A stretch of 20,612 nt of DNA from Promethearchaeota archaeon (GCA_019057865.1 JAHLWP010000053.1:1-20612); one strand, 5' to 3'. Positions 1-7,889 are shown, numbered from the stretch's first letter. Notes: a model not told the origin generated them from the letters alone. Numbers and translations are program-made.

Positions 1-21
1 TGAAAAATAAATAATAAAATT

Positions 22-2007
22 GTGAAATCTATGAAAAAAGCAAAAATTTGGGAAGTATCATTAGTTTTATTCCCAATTATATTGGTTTTACCTATAAATA
101 TAATAACTATTCCTATAAAAATAACTGACATAGAAAATATAGGCTCAAATGAAGATTTAAATATTTCGACGGAAAGTGGTGGTGGATATTTTATGAATAC
201 TGATGCTTCTTACTCTTGGATTGAAATCCAAACTACAGGGAATCTTATGATGATTTCTACTTTTGATGATTATTCTGAAGAAATTTCATTTATTGCTAAT
301 GGATGGACTTTTACTTTTTATGAAACTTTTTATGATACTATTGAAGTTAGTTCTAATGGATGGATGAGTTTTACTGATTTAGGGGGTACTGGTTGGCTTT
401 GTAATTATATACCTAGTGCTGAAATTGAAAATTTCGACTGTGTTGCATTATTATGTGAGGATTTACTTCCAAGCTATTCTGGAAACATATATTACCAATT
501 CTTTGGTACTGGACCAAATAGATATTTAGTAATAGAATACAGCCAAATTTACACTTTTGGAGATGAATTAGTAGGAGATTTTGAAGTTATTTTCTATGAG
601 AATGGAACCATCGAATTTCAATACAAAATTATACATGATATTCAATGGTTTTACCCAATTGTTGGATTAGATCATGGTGATCTAACAAATTATAATAGAT
701 ACAACGCTAAATTACCATTAAATTCGAAAGCTATTGAATTTACCTTTAATGAAATGATTGAAATTGAATTGGGACTTAATTTTAATATAGAAGATTCTTT
801 CTCTTGGCTTGTGTTGGATGTTGATCATATCAAGATGGATCTAGCTTTTGACATTTCTTGGGAATCTGATTTTGGCTTGTATCCAAATATGTTGAATGGC
901 CAGAAAACTCAAATAAATATCTCATCAATCAACGAAAATTACACTCATTGGGAGATTAATTATAATACATGGGATTGGATTGGTAAAAATGATACATTTA
1001 GCTCTAGTTACGATGACAACGACAGCATATTATATCGCAAAGAACCTCTTAATTATACTATACCACATATTTTACCAAATCACTATCCATTCCTATTACC
1101 AAATTTTACATTATTGTACCTTAGTAGAGCTAATCTCGATAATTATTATGACAATATAGAGCAATATAATTTTGGCAATACATTTGTTGAAAGTTATTTT
1201 CGTATAAGCACGTATGAAGATGTTGTTCTTCAAGCTTTTTATTCATCTTCCGGGATATTAGAAGAACTCAAAGTTATATACGAATATGATGATTATGAAA
1301 ATTACATCGAAGAAATTATATTCTTAATGGTTAGATACTTTGAAGGACCAAAACCATTTTATGTGGGAGTAAATGAAGGCGAAATTTACGAATACGGAGT
1401 ATTTTATAGTGTAAAAAATGCACCGCCAGGATTTAGCCAAGAAACTTTTGAATATTTCCCTGATAGAATAAGATTTTCTGTTGATTTTATTGGTGGAGAG
1501 GACCCTGAATTGAATCGGGCTCTAGTAATTATAACATTATCAGGAAGAATAAATAACATTTGGACGGAAGAAATGGTATTTGAGAATTACCTTTATATGA
1601 ATACTGAAGATATAGAGGTTTTATTATATATGGGTCAATATATCGAATCGATTACTGTTAATTGGGAATCTTATGCATTAATAATTGAAAATTCTTATAA
1701 TAGGATAATGCCAGGTATGTATACTGTGACTCCCTTAGATGATGGTATAAAACTATCTACTGGAATATTTGGATATAACATGGAGGAAATTATCACTTAT
1801 AACTCCTCTATAGGAGTTCTAAATATTTTATCACAATATTATAATGGTAAAGAATTCCTTACATTCAGATTAAATGATTTTGATTACAAAATCAAAGAAG
1901 CGAAAGGAGCTATCCCAGGCGTAAATATTATTATCCTATCCTTTATTATATTAACGGGAATAATAAGTATTGCATGGCAAATCAGAAGAAAAATTACACT
2001 AAAATAA
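22..2007 (+). CDS. Secreted/membrane-anchored surface protein with C-terminal Loki-CTERM-like sorting signal
   Basis: 661-aa ORF. Basic N-terminus plus hydrophobic stretch (signal peptide/TM). Beta-rich extracellular domain (YDTIEVSSNGWMSF...FEVIFYENGTIEFQY, nidogen/NIDO-like by resemblance) and many N-x-S/T sequons. The C-terminus IPGVN + TM helix + basic tail (RRK) matches the IPG-TM-basic pattern of Loki-CTERM. The real start may be ATG at 31. Confidence 0.75.
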   Translation: MKSMKKAKIWEVSLVLFPIILVLPINIITIPIKITDIENIGSNEDLNISTESGGGYFMNTDASYSWIEIQTTGNLMMISTFDDYSEEISFIANGWTFTFYETFYDTIEVSSNGWMSFTDLGGTGWLCNYIPSAEIENFDCVALLCEDLLPSYSGNIYYQFFGTGPNRYLVIEYSQIYTFGDELVGDFEVIFYENGTIEFQYKIIHDIQWFYPIVGLDHGDLTNYNRYNAKLPLNSKAIEFTFNEMIEIELGLNFNIEDSFSWLVLDVDHIKMDLAFDISWESDFGLYPNMLNGQKTQINISSINENYTHWEINYNTWDWIGKNDTFSSSYDDNDSILYRKEPLNYTIPHILPNHYPFLLPNFTLLYLSRANLDNYYDNIEQYNFGNTFVESYFRISTYEDVVLQAFYSSSGILEELKVIYEYDDYENYIEEIIFLMVRYFEGPKPFYVGVNEGEIYEYGVFYSVKNAPPGFSQETFEYFPDRIRFSVDFIGGEDPELNRALVIITLSGRINNIWTEEMVFENYLYMNTEDIEVLLYMGQYIESITVNWESYALIIENSYNRIMPGMYTVTPLDDGIKLSTGIFGYNMEEIITYNSSIGVLNILSQYYNGKEFLTFRLNDFDYKIKEAKGAIPGVNIIILSFIILTGIISIAWQIRRKITLK

Positions 2008-2009
2008 AA

Positions 2010-2023
2010 TTTTTTTTCTTTTT
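2010..2023 (+). terminator. Archaeal oligo-T terminator candidate
   Basis: TTTTTTTTCTTTTT immediately after the stop codon at 2007. Confidence 0.5.
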
Positions 2024-2326
2024 AATTTAATTTAAATTCAAGTAGATTATATTCTTCACAAAATAAGAAATTTAAACTAAGCTAAAAGCTATATATGACT
2101 TTTATTTAATATATGAAAATAAATTAATCTGGAGTTAATTTAAAAAATAAATTTAGATCTGATTTAACTTAATGAAAATTTATATCATTAAAACTAATTT
2201 GAAAAGACATAATTTTTTATAGATATTATTTCTATATATTAATATTAATTATAATAACATTATAAACATTATAAACAATTAATTACATTAATTTATAAAT
2301 AAAACTAAAAAAAAGGGTGTCTAACA

Positions 2327-2814
2327 ATAAGTATTGATACAAAAAGTTTTGACAACATCCTCAGTAAGATAATAAAATCAGAAAGTGGGATTAAAAAGGT
2401 TATATTGGTCGATAGGACGGGACTCACAATTGCCAGTGTCTCGAAGTTTTCCTATTTCCCTGCTGATGTAGATGGTATTGGCGCAATTGCTAGTGCGGTT
2501 TTTTGTGCGAGCGAAGAGCAAGGGAAAAACCTAGAGCTTGGCGAATTAGACATTGTCACATCTGAGTTTAGCGGGGGAAAGATATTCGCGGCAAGCTGTG
2601 GACCAATGAGTTAAAAGGTTTCCTTTAAGCTCGGTTAAAAGGTGTGCTGACGCTTATATCTGATCCGGACATTAACATCGGTTTAATTCGCTTGATCCTA
2701 AAGCGTTCTGGAGATGAACTAAAAGAAATTTTGGACGAATTTCTTGCAGAAATTCCAGAGACGTTAGATAGTGGATTAGATTTATCAGACCTAGATGAGC
2801 TTACACCTGATTAA
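2327..2814 (+). CDS. Roadblock/LC7 (MglB/LAMTOR-like) domain protein, split: exon 1 2327-2606, exon 2 2639-2814; 151 aa if joined
   Basis: Joined translation: (I/M)SIDTKSFDNILSKIIKSESGIKKVILVDRTGLTIASVSKFSYFPADVDGIGAIASAVFCASEEQGKNLELGELDIVTSEFSGGKIFAASCGPKGVLTLISDPDINIGLIRLILKRSGDELKEILDEFLAEIPETLDSGLDLSDLDELTPD*. It has the Roadblock hallmarks (vilvDrtGltia; NIGLIRL helix) plus an acidic tail. The frame is open from the TAA at 2306, and the apparent start is ATA at 2327 behind AGGGTG. Confidence 0.88.
2607..2638 (+). other. Putative 32-nt bulge-helix-bulge-type (relaxed BHB/BHL) intron in a protein-coding gene
   Basis: Central 4-bp helix GACC(2601-2604)/GGUU(2633-2636), 3-nt bulge AAU (2605-2607), intron hairpin GAGUUAAAAGG-UUU-CCUUUAAGCUC (2608-2632; 10 of 11 positions paired), then AAA (2637-2639). 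Cutting after the 2nd nt of each bulge removes exactly 32 nt and restores the frame. Confidence 0.75.
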
Positions 2815-3010
2815 ATCCATTTTTTAGCATCTACTTTTTATTTACAAAAATATTAAGGTCAAAAATGGATCATACTTAGTAAGATCGCAAAAAATCTCAC
2901 AGTTTTACTTAACACTCCTTTCATCCCACAAAAGGCTACAAACATTTAAATTTAGGAATTGTTTGTAATTTACTTAAGGTTAAAAGACTATTCTAAAGTT
3001 TTGACTTAAA

Positions 3011-3433
3011 ATGGAAGAGTTATCATATCAGGTATGGATTAAAGGTTATGATTTGAAAGGAGAGAACGAAATAAAGAGTAATGTCCTTTTTTGTTCCAAA
3101 GATTGTTTTGAACTATTATTTGAATTAATCGAATTATTAAAAGGAGAAATGCGAGATTTTGAACGCAACGATAAAGTTAACAAATATGATACGGATTCCC
3201 TTATTAGGATTGTATCCAACAATTTTAGTTCTGAGGATATCGACGAATATGAGACTGCTGAAAGAGAGATCAGCAATCATCTAAATGAATTAAAAAACAA
3301 TATCTATAGATACACAAATTCTCCAAGAGAAATTACTGAAAAATTAATTTTAATTAGAAAAAAAAGAATTGAACTTTGGGAATTGATTTTTGATACTTAT
3401 AAAAAAAGAAAAAAGGATTTTATAAATCTGTAA
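3011..3433 (+). CDS. Hypothetical protein (140 aa, charged, helical)
   Basis: ATG-started ORF with composition typical of the window; no motif recognised. Confidence 0.6.
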   Translation: MEELSYQVWIKGYDLKGENEIKSNVLFCSKDCFELLFELIELLKGEMRDFERNDKVNKYDTDSLIRIVSNNFSSEDIDEYETAEREISNHLNELKNNIYRYTNSPREITEKLILIRKKRIELWELIFDTYKKRKKDFINL

Positions 3434-3576
3434 TTAGAATTACTATTATATTCAGTCCAATATATTTAAAGAAAAAGAGAAAAAATAAGAAGATAAATTG
3501 TTATTTTAAATTTTATAAAAATAAATTTTCTTTTTAAAGAACCAATATTTATTTCTATTAAAATACTAAATTTGAG

Positions 3577-3903
3577 GTGAAGTATATGGGAAAGACTAGA
3601 TATGTTTCGGTTTGGCGGAACAAGTGGATTACTTCACAAGCTGGTTCCATTGACGATTTTATTAAAACTTTCGAAGGTTTAGCACAAATGTTCAAGGAGT
3701 GGAAGGAAATGGGAATTACACTTAATCCCGACAGCGGTATTGGGGACGATTACGCAGAATTTTATACCGATGATATGGATATGGCAATTAAGGCGCAGTT
3801 TACTTTTTACAGCGGTGATGATAAGACTACAGAATATCTCGAAACCGACACAGGAGAGCAGGTAAAAGTACCCCCAGAAAAGTTAGAAAATCGTAAAATC
3901 TAA
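3577..3903 (+). CDS. Hypothetical acidic protein (108 aa; possibly starts at ATG 3586)
   Basis: ORF with GAGGTGA SD-like motif upstream of ATG 3586; motif-like segments WRNKW and GIGDDYA; function not recognised. Confidence 0.7.
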   Translation: MKYMGKTRYVSVWRNKWITSQAGSIDDFIKTFEGLAQMFKEWKEMGITLNPDSGIGDDYAEFYTDDMDMAIKAQFTFYSGDDKTTEYLETDTGEQVKVPPEKLENRKI

Positions 3904-3904
3904 G

Positions 3905-3985
3905 AAAAAAGATAAAAAAGTGACCCCTACCTGAAGAGTGAAAATATTGGATTGCAATTCTATCCTCGGTGACTGGTAGGAGTCA
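3905..3985 (-). terminator. Long stem-loop plus U-tracts downstream of the TFB-like gene, between convergent genes
   Basis: On the minus strand UGACUCCUACC (3985-3975) pairs with GGUAGGGGUCA (3931-3921), 11 bp with one G-U, followed by two U6 runs (3919-3905). Confidence 0.5.
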
Positions 3986-3990
3986 TGGTT

Positions 3991-5220
3991 TCAAGCCTCG
4001 CATAATGGAGGATCTTTACCTTTAAAAAAAACAAGATGTTCAATAGCAAATAATTCGCTTATCTGTGCCTCAGAACGCTTTATAGGTTCAAAAATCATTA
4101 GCGGATGGTGAATTTTCAACATCATTAAGACGGGATTATTCTGAACATCTCGCACAGCAAAAAAATAGTAATCAGTACCGTTGTGATGATTGAATACTTG
4201 GTTAGCATTACCGAGAAGGATTTGAACGATATTATTCTGAGTATCTTTTACCTTTTCTTTTGCTTCGAGTAGTCCTAATTCTCGCATAACTTCTTTTAAA
4301 AGGTCAGAAGATCGAACTAAGCTGACAAATCCATCAATATTTAATTGCTCAAAGATCCTTTTTTTCACCTGAAATTGAATGGTGCTCATTTTAATCCCAA
4401 GTCTTTTACAGATAGAGAATATATTAACAACTTTCTTGTAAGAACATAAAGCAGAAATAGATGTGACTAATCCTGCGATAACATCATCTTTCGTATTTTT
4501 AATTTGCTCCCAAAGCTTATGCATGATCTTTTTGGATTGGTAGAAGAAGGGCATTCCTAATTTGAACGATTCGGTAATTTCGAGTATTTTGTGGGTAATG
4601 TATTCTTGTCTATTTCTCTCCTGATATTCAGGGATAAATTTCAAAACTTGTAATGAGAAATCATTAAACTCTTTCTTTGAAATCTTGGAGACTTCTAATA
4701 ATTTTAATCGCCTAATACAGATATTTTCAAGCCTTAAAGTGTAGTAGAGTACAATTGGGACTAATTTTTCGATATTTCTATACTTTGTGCCAGGGCGTAA
4801 TTGTTTCCATATATCCTTAACCCTCTTAAATACAATTCTTTGATATGATCCGGGTAAATTCAAGCAATTAAATATCCGTCTTATCTCCATTTTGACTTTT
4901 TCTTGAATTGATTTAAACCTATCTTTTATTGAATGAATCAAGTTCAAATATTCAAGCTTCACAGAATTGGGAGATTTTTGCCGTTCTCCTTTGGTCCCTA
5001 TTTGAGTCGTTCCTAAGATGGCATATTGAAGGATATCGTCATTATAATGTCGATCATATTGTAGTTTTTGTATTTCTAAGACAATTCCACAATCTCCACA
5101 GACATAACCCTCAATAGTTTCTTGGATATTAGCAGAACTGCATAGATCACATGAAACCGAAGAGAAATGTGGGGAAATGGAACTTGAAATATTGTTATTA
5201 ATCACCATTTTTTTGATCAC
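3991..5220 (-). CDS. Divergent transcription initiation factor IIB (TFB/TFIIB)-like protein
   Basis: N-terminal Zn ribbon CDLC-x-YVCGDCGIVL. Cyclin-fold-like repeats (EIRRIFNCLNLP; RNIEKLVPIVLYYTLR; a second repeat ending ICKRLGIKMSTI, HTH-like). About 100-aa C-terminal extension. Too divergent to call the housekeeping tfb. Confidence 0.75.
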   Translation of the reverse strand: MIKKMVINNNISSSISPHFSSVSCDLCSSANIQETIEGYVCGDCGIVLEIQKLQYDRHYNDDILQYAILGTTQIGTKGERQKSPNSVKLEYLNLIHSIKDRFKSIQEKVKMEIRRIFNCLNLPGSYQRIVFKRVKDIWKQLRPGTKYRNIEKLVPIVLYYTLRLENICIRRLKLLEVSKISKKEFNDFSLQVLKFIPEYQERNRQEYITHKILEITESFKLGMPFFYQSKKIMHKLWEQIKNTKDDVIAGLVTSISALCSYKKVVNIFSICKRLGIKMSTIQFQVKKRIFEQLNIDGFVSLVRSSDLLKEVMRELGLLEAKEKVKDTQNNIVQILLGNANQVFNHHNGTDYYFFAVRDVQNNPVLMMLKIHHPLMIFEPIKRSEAQISELFAIEHLVFFKGKDPPLCEA

Positions 5221-5420
5221 TATTTTTATTACTAAGAAATAGTTGGGAAGGAGTTTGCTTTTTAAATGTTTCTTTTAAAAATTCAATATCTGAGAAGAAG
5301 CCCTCTTCTCAAGTTTTACAAGATTGGATTCTACAAAATTGTATAAGAATTCACTCGAGAAATTATTTTGGATAGCACTTAATTTCAATAACTTCTTGGA
5401 AAATTGAGTAAAGATCAATT

Positions 5421-5818
5421 ATGGTAAAAGGAGTTTTACTTTTAATATTAAAATTAACATTATATTATCGATTTTTAGAATTTGGCATAATAGATAAAAA
5501 TGGATATATAAAAATAAGAAATAATCTCCTTCACGGTGGTTTTGAGGCTTCTGTGAAATATGCCAAGATATTGAATAAGGATTTTATAGAAGGAGTTATT
5601 TTAGATATCGTTAATTTTGCCCATAAAGTCGATTTAAACGTAGTTGTTGAGTATCCTGATGATGAATTCCCTCAAATATATATGAAATGAGTTGTTTTCC
5701 TTATAATAAAGGGAATCCTATCTGTTACATAGGCAACTCTTGGAGGGATGAGATTCTAAACGAGTGGAAAAAGAAGGAATTACTAGTTAAAACGAATTTA
5801 ATTAGGAGGGCACCATAA
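5421..5818 (+). pseudogene. Probable degraded HEPN-like gene, frameshifted at an (AT)4 run
   Basis: ORF 5421-5690 contains RNNLLHG (R-x4-H, HEPN-like). A second frame 5687-5818 (MSCFPYNKGNPICYIGNSWRDEILNEWKKKELLVKTNLIRRAP*) joins it if 2 nt are removed from ATATATAT at 5676-5683. Alternatively these are two small ATGA-coupled genes. Confidence 0.35.
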
Positions 5819-5902
5819 CGGGAGGGAGACTAAATTATTTTGGAAAATGGGGAAAATAATTATATTTTTGTTGTGTTTATTATAGGATAAGACAAAAATT
5901 AA
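5802..5902 (+). repeat. Diverged ~100-bp upstream element, copy A
   Basis: Collinear with 13559-13660: TTAGGAGGG...ACGGG-GAGnGAGA...AATTATT...GGAAAA...TATTT...TTTATTATAGnnTAAGACAAAAAnTAA (last block 24/27 identical). Confidence 0.7.
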
Positions 5903-5912
5903 ATGATTAAAA

Positions 5913-6083
5913 ATGAGAATAGAAAATTTAATTTTTTTAGGAGCTGGAGCTTCACACTCAGAGGGTGCTTCAATTCAATCTAATTTATTTAGTGAAATTT
6001 TTATTACTCATGCTAATATAAATAATGTGAAAATAAATAAAATCAAAAAAAATATTCAAAATTTCTTTAAAGTATTTTTATAA
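5913..6083 (+). pseudogene. Truncated SIR2-like gene (N-terminal 56 aa only)
   Basis: Below the ORF-track cutoff. MRIENLIFLGAGASHSEGASIQSNLF... carries the sirtuin-fold NAD-binding loop (F-L-G-A-G-A-S-x3-G) and then stops at 6083 with no evident continuation. Confidence 0.6.
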
Positions 6084-6227
6084 AAAAGTGATTTCTATGT
6101 TAATTTATCCTAAGGACAAATATTACTATTATTTCGAGCATTAAAAAATAAAATATTTTAATCATGTATTAGTTATTAAAATTAATCCTATGATAATAGA
6201 AAAATCTAATTAAAATAGAGAAATTAA

Positions 6228-7190
6228 ATGTTTGTAAATAGCCTTAACATTAAAGAATTTAGGGGAATAAAGAGTTGTAAAGGACCAATAAAGTTTTCAA
6301 ATTTTACTGTTATAATTGGAAGAAATAACTCCGGAAAATCAACAATTTTAGAGGCACTATCATTATTACCACATCCAGAATTAAGAAATGTAATCGATGG
6401 GGCAAACAAAAATAGGTTTCTTGTACAGCTTCATCCTGGATCATATACAAGACTTCTATATCTTTATGCTGGTATTTCGATCCTAGAATATGATCTGAAA
6501 AATATCTTTATGAGGATTGAAATAGAAAAAAGTCTTTTTAAAACTTTTTTAGGTGGAAAAGAAGTAGAATCACTGAATTATGTAGCTAAAGCCCTTGGCA
6601 CTGAAATAAAATACTTAGATAGTTTTGTAATTTTTATTCCAGATACTGCAGATATTCTCAACAAACTAGAGAATAGATTGAAAGATCATAAAGAATTGCT
6701 AACGAAGAAAGGATTCAATATTAAGCTCGCAAACATACTTAATGAATTTGTTAATGATAAATATAGTGAAATTATTTTTGTAAATCCAATTATCTTAAGA
6801 AAAGTATATCTAAATAATAAAATAGCTTATATACGGCTTGCTGAACTAGGATCAGGTGCTGAAAAAGTGATAAAAATTATGGCTTTTTTGGAAGTGTTTT
6901 CCCCACAATTAGTGATAATTGATGATTTTGAAGCAAGACTTCATCCTAGCTTAGTTAAACTTTTTCTCAAATGGCTAAAGGAAAAAAATTGGCAAACTAT
7001 AATTTCAACTCATAGTATAGATGTATTATATTATTTGATAGATATAAATCCTAAAGATACGACTATTTTACAATTAAATAAATCAAATGAGGACATTTTA
7101 AGTCATAAAAGCTTACCATTAGAAGAACTTGAAGATATATTGAATGCAAATATAGATCCACGCTCACTAGTAGATAATCTTGGTTTATGA
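6228..7190 (+). CDS. ABC-type ATPase (AAA_15/AAA_21, OLD/AbiEii-like)
   Basis: IKEFRGI N-terminal motif, Walker A GRNNSGKS, signature-like LGSG, Walker B/D-loop IIDDFEARLHP, H-loop STHS. Confidence 0.9.
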   Translation: MFVNSLNIKEFRGIKSCKGPIKFSNFTVIIGRNNSGKSTILEALSLLPHPELRNVIDGANKNRFLVQLHPGSYTRLLYLYAGISILEYDLKNIFMRIEIEKSLFKTFLGGKEVESLNYVAKALGTEIKYLDSFVIFIPDTADILNKLENRLKDHKELLTKKGFNIKLANILNEFVNDKYSEIIFVNPIILRKVYLNNKIAYIRLAELGSGAEKVIKIMAFLEVFSPQLVIIDDFEARLHPSLVKLFLKWLKEKNWQTIISTHSIDVLYYLIDINPKDTTILQLNKSNEDILSHKSLPLEELEDILNANIDPRSLVDNLGL

Positions 7191-7842
7191 AAAAAGTGAT
7201 TGTATGAGATTAGTACAGGATCTTAAGGGACTTAATCCCAACTACATAATTATTACGGGTGATGGACGAAGAGAATTTAATGTACTAAGAGGATTGTCTG
7301 AGGTATATAATGGGCAAGATATAATTCTCTATTTTCCATTTTCTCCTCTTTTTAGAAAAACTGGTAAAAAAGCACTTGATTCTATAAAAATCCTGCCTGG
7401 TTATTATGGAATTAGCTCAATAATCTATATTGTTGATGGAGATACATTTAAAGATTCTTTTAATGATGAAATCCAAAATTATTTGATAAGCATTGGTATA
7501 GAGATTAAAAATTTTACTTCAATTCAAAATGCTTTATTAATTAATTGTAAATGTGGCAGTCATAATATTGTATTATATTGCATCATCTCTGGACCAAAAA
7601 CTTTTATCGAAGAGGAAATTGTAAAACTGCTAAATCTTAAATGGGGAGAGGAAATTGATCTTTCAGGAATAAGAGATCCTACTTGGAAAAAAAGAGTTAA
7701 AAAGCAAGTAAATCAATTATTAAAAGAAAAGAAGATAAAACTTGAATCTTTAATAAAAGAAACTGAGAAAGAAAAACTTGAAACCTCATTCCCAAATATA
7801 TGTGCCATCCTTAAAAAAATTGAAGAAGAACATCGATCATAA
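7180..7842 (+). CDS. ATPase partner, TOPRIM-like (DUF3226/DUF4435-like) protein
   Basis: Overlaps or abuts the ATPase stop. IIITGDGRRE and YIVDGD resemble the TOPRIM EG-x2-D/E and DxD motifs, and a later FIEEEI resembles the ExE motif of OLD-type TOPRIMs. Start is TTG 7180 or ATG 7204. Confidence 0.55.
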   Translation: MVYEKSDCMRLVQDLKGLNPNYIIITGDGRREFNVLRGLSEVYNGQDIILYFPFSPLFRKTGKKALDSIKILPGYYGISSIIYIVDGDTFKDSFNDEIQNYLISIGIEIKNFTSIQNALLINCKCGSHNIVLYCIISGPKTFIEEEIVKLLNLKWGEEIDLSGIRDPTWKKRVKKQVNQLLKEKKIKLESLIKETEKEKLETSFPNICAILKKIEEEHRS

Positions 7843-7848
7843 AAAGTT

Positions 7849-7889
7849 TCGAAGCTGTGTAGCAGGAGGGTCTGTCGAAGCTGTGTAGC
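7849..7889 (+). repeat. Perfect 15-bp direct repeat TCGAAGCTGTGTAGC x2 (period 26 bp)
   Basis: Copies at 7849-7863 and 7875-7889 with an 11-bp spacer AGGAGGGTCTG, in a locally GC-rich patch. Confidence 0.9.

Noticed and set aside
2255-2277. AACATTATA tandem 9-mer upstream of the Roadblock gene
   Set aside because: About 2.5 copies in extremely AT-rich DNA; could be chance.
2317-2343. Second BHB intron linking GTG 2317 to the Roadblock frame
   Set aside because: The GTGT/ATAC helix is flanked by a 4-nt rather than 3-nt bulge, and canonical cuts (removing 2323-2342) give an out-of-frame product.
2405-2614. 69-aa ORF as a complete gene
   Set aside because: It is the middle of a Roadblock domain; coding sequence extends upstream to 2327 and continues at 2639-2814.
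2606-2643. Programmed frameshift, stop readthrough or transposon footprint (10-bp repeat as target-site duplication) explaining the split
   Set aside because: Stops occur in all three frames inside the insert. Deleting one 24-bp repeat period leaves the TAA in frame, whereas the 32-nt removal restores the protein.
3921-3985. SECIS element or box C/D RNA
   Set aside because: The TGAA/TGAC spacing does not give a proper kink-turn core with helix II, and neither flanking gene has an internal in-frame UGA.
7849-7889. CRISPR array
   Set aside because: Only two 15-bp units with an 11-bp spacer, and no cas genes.
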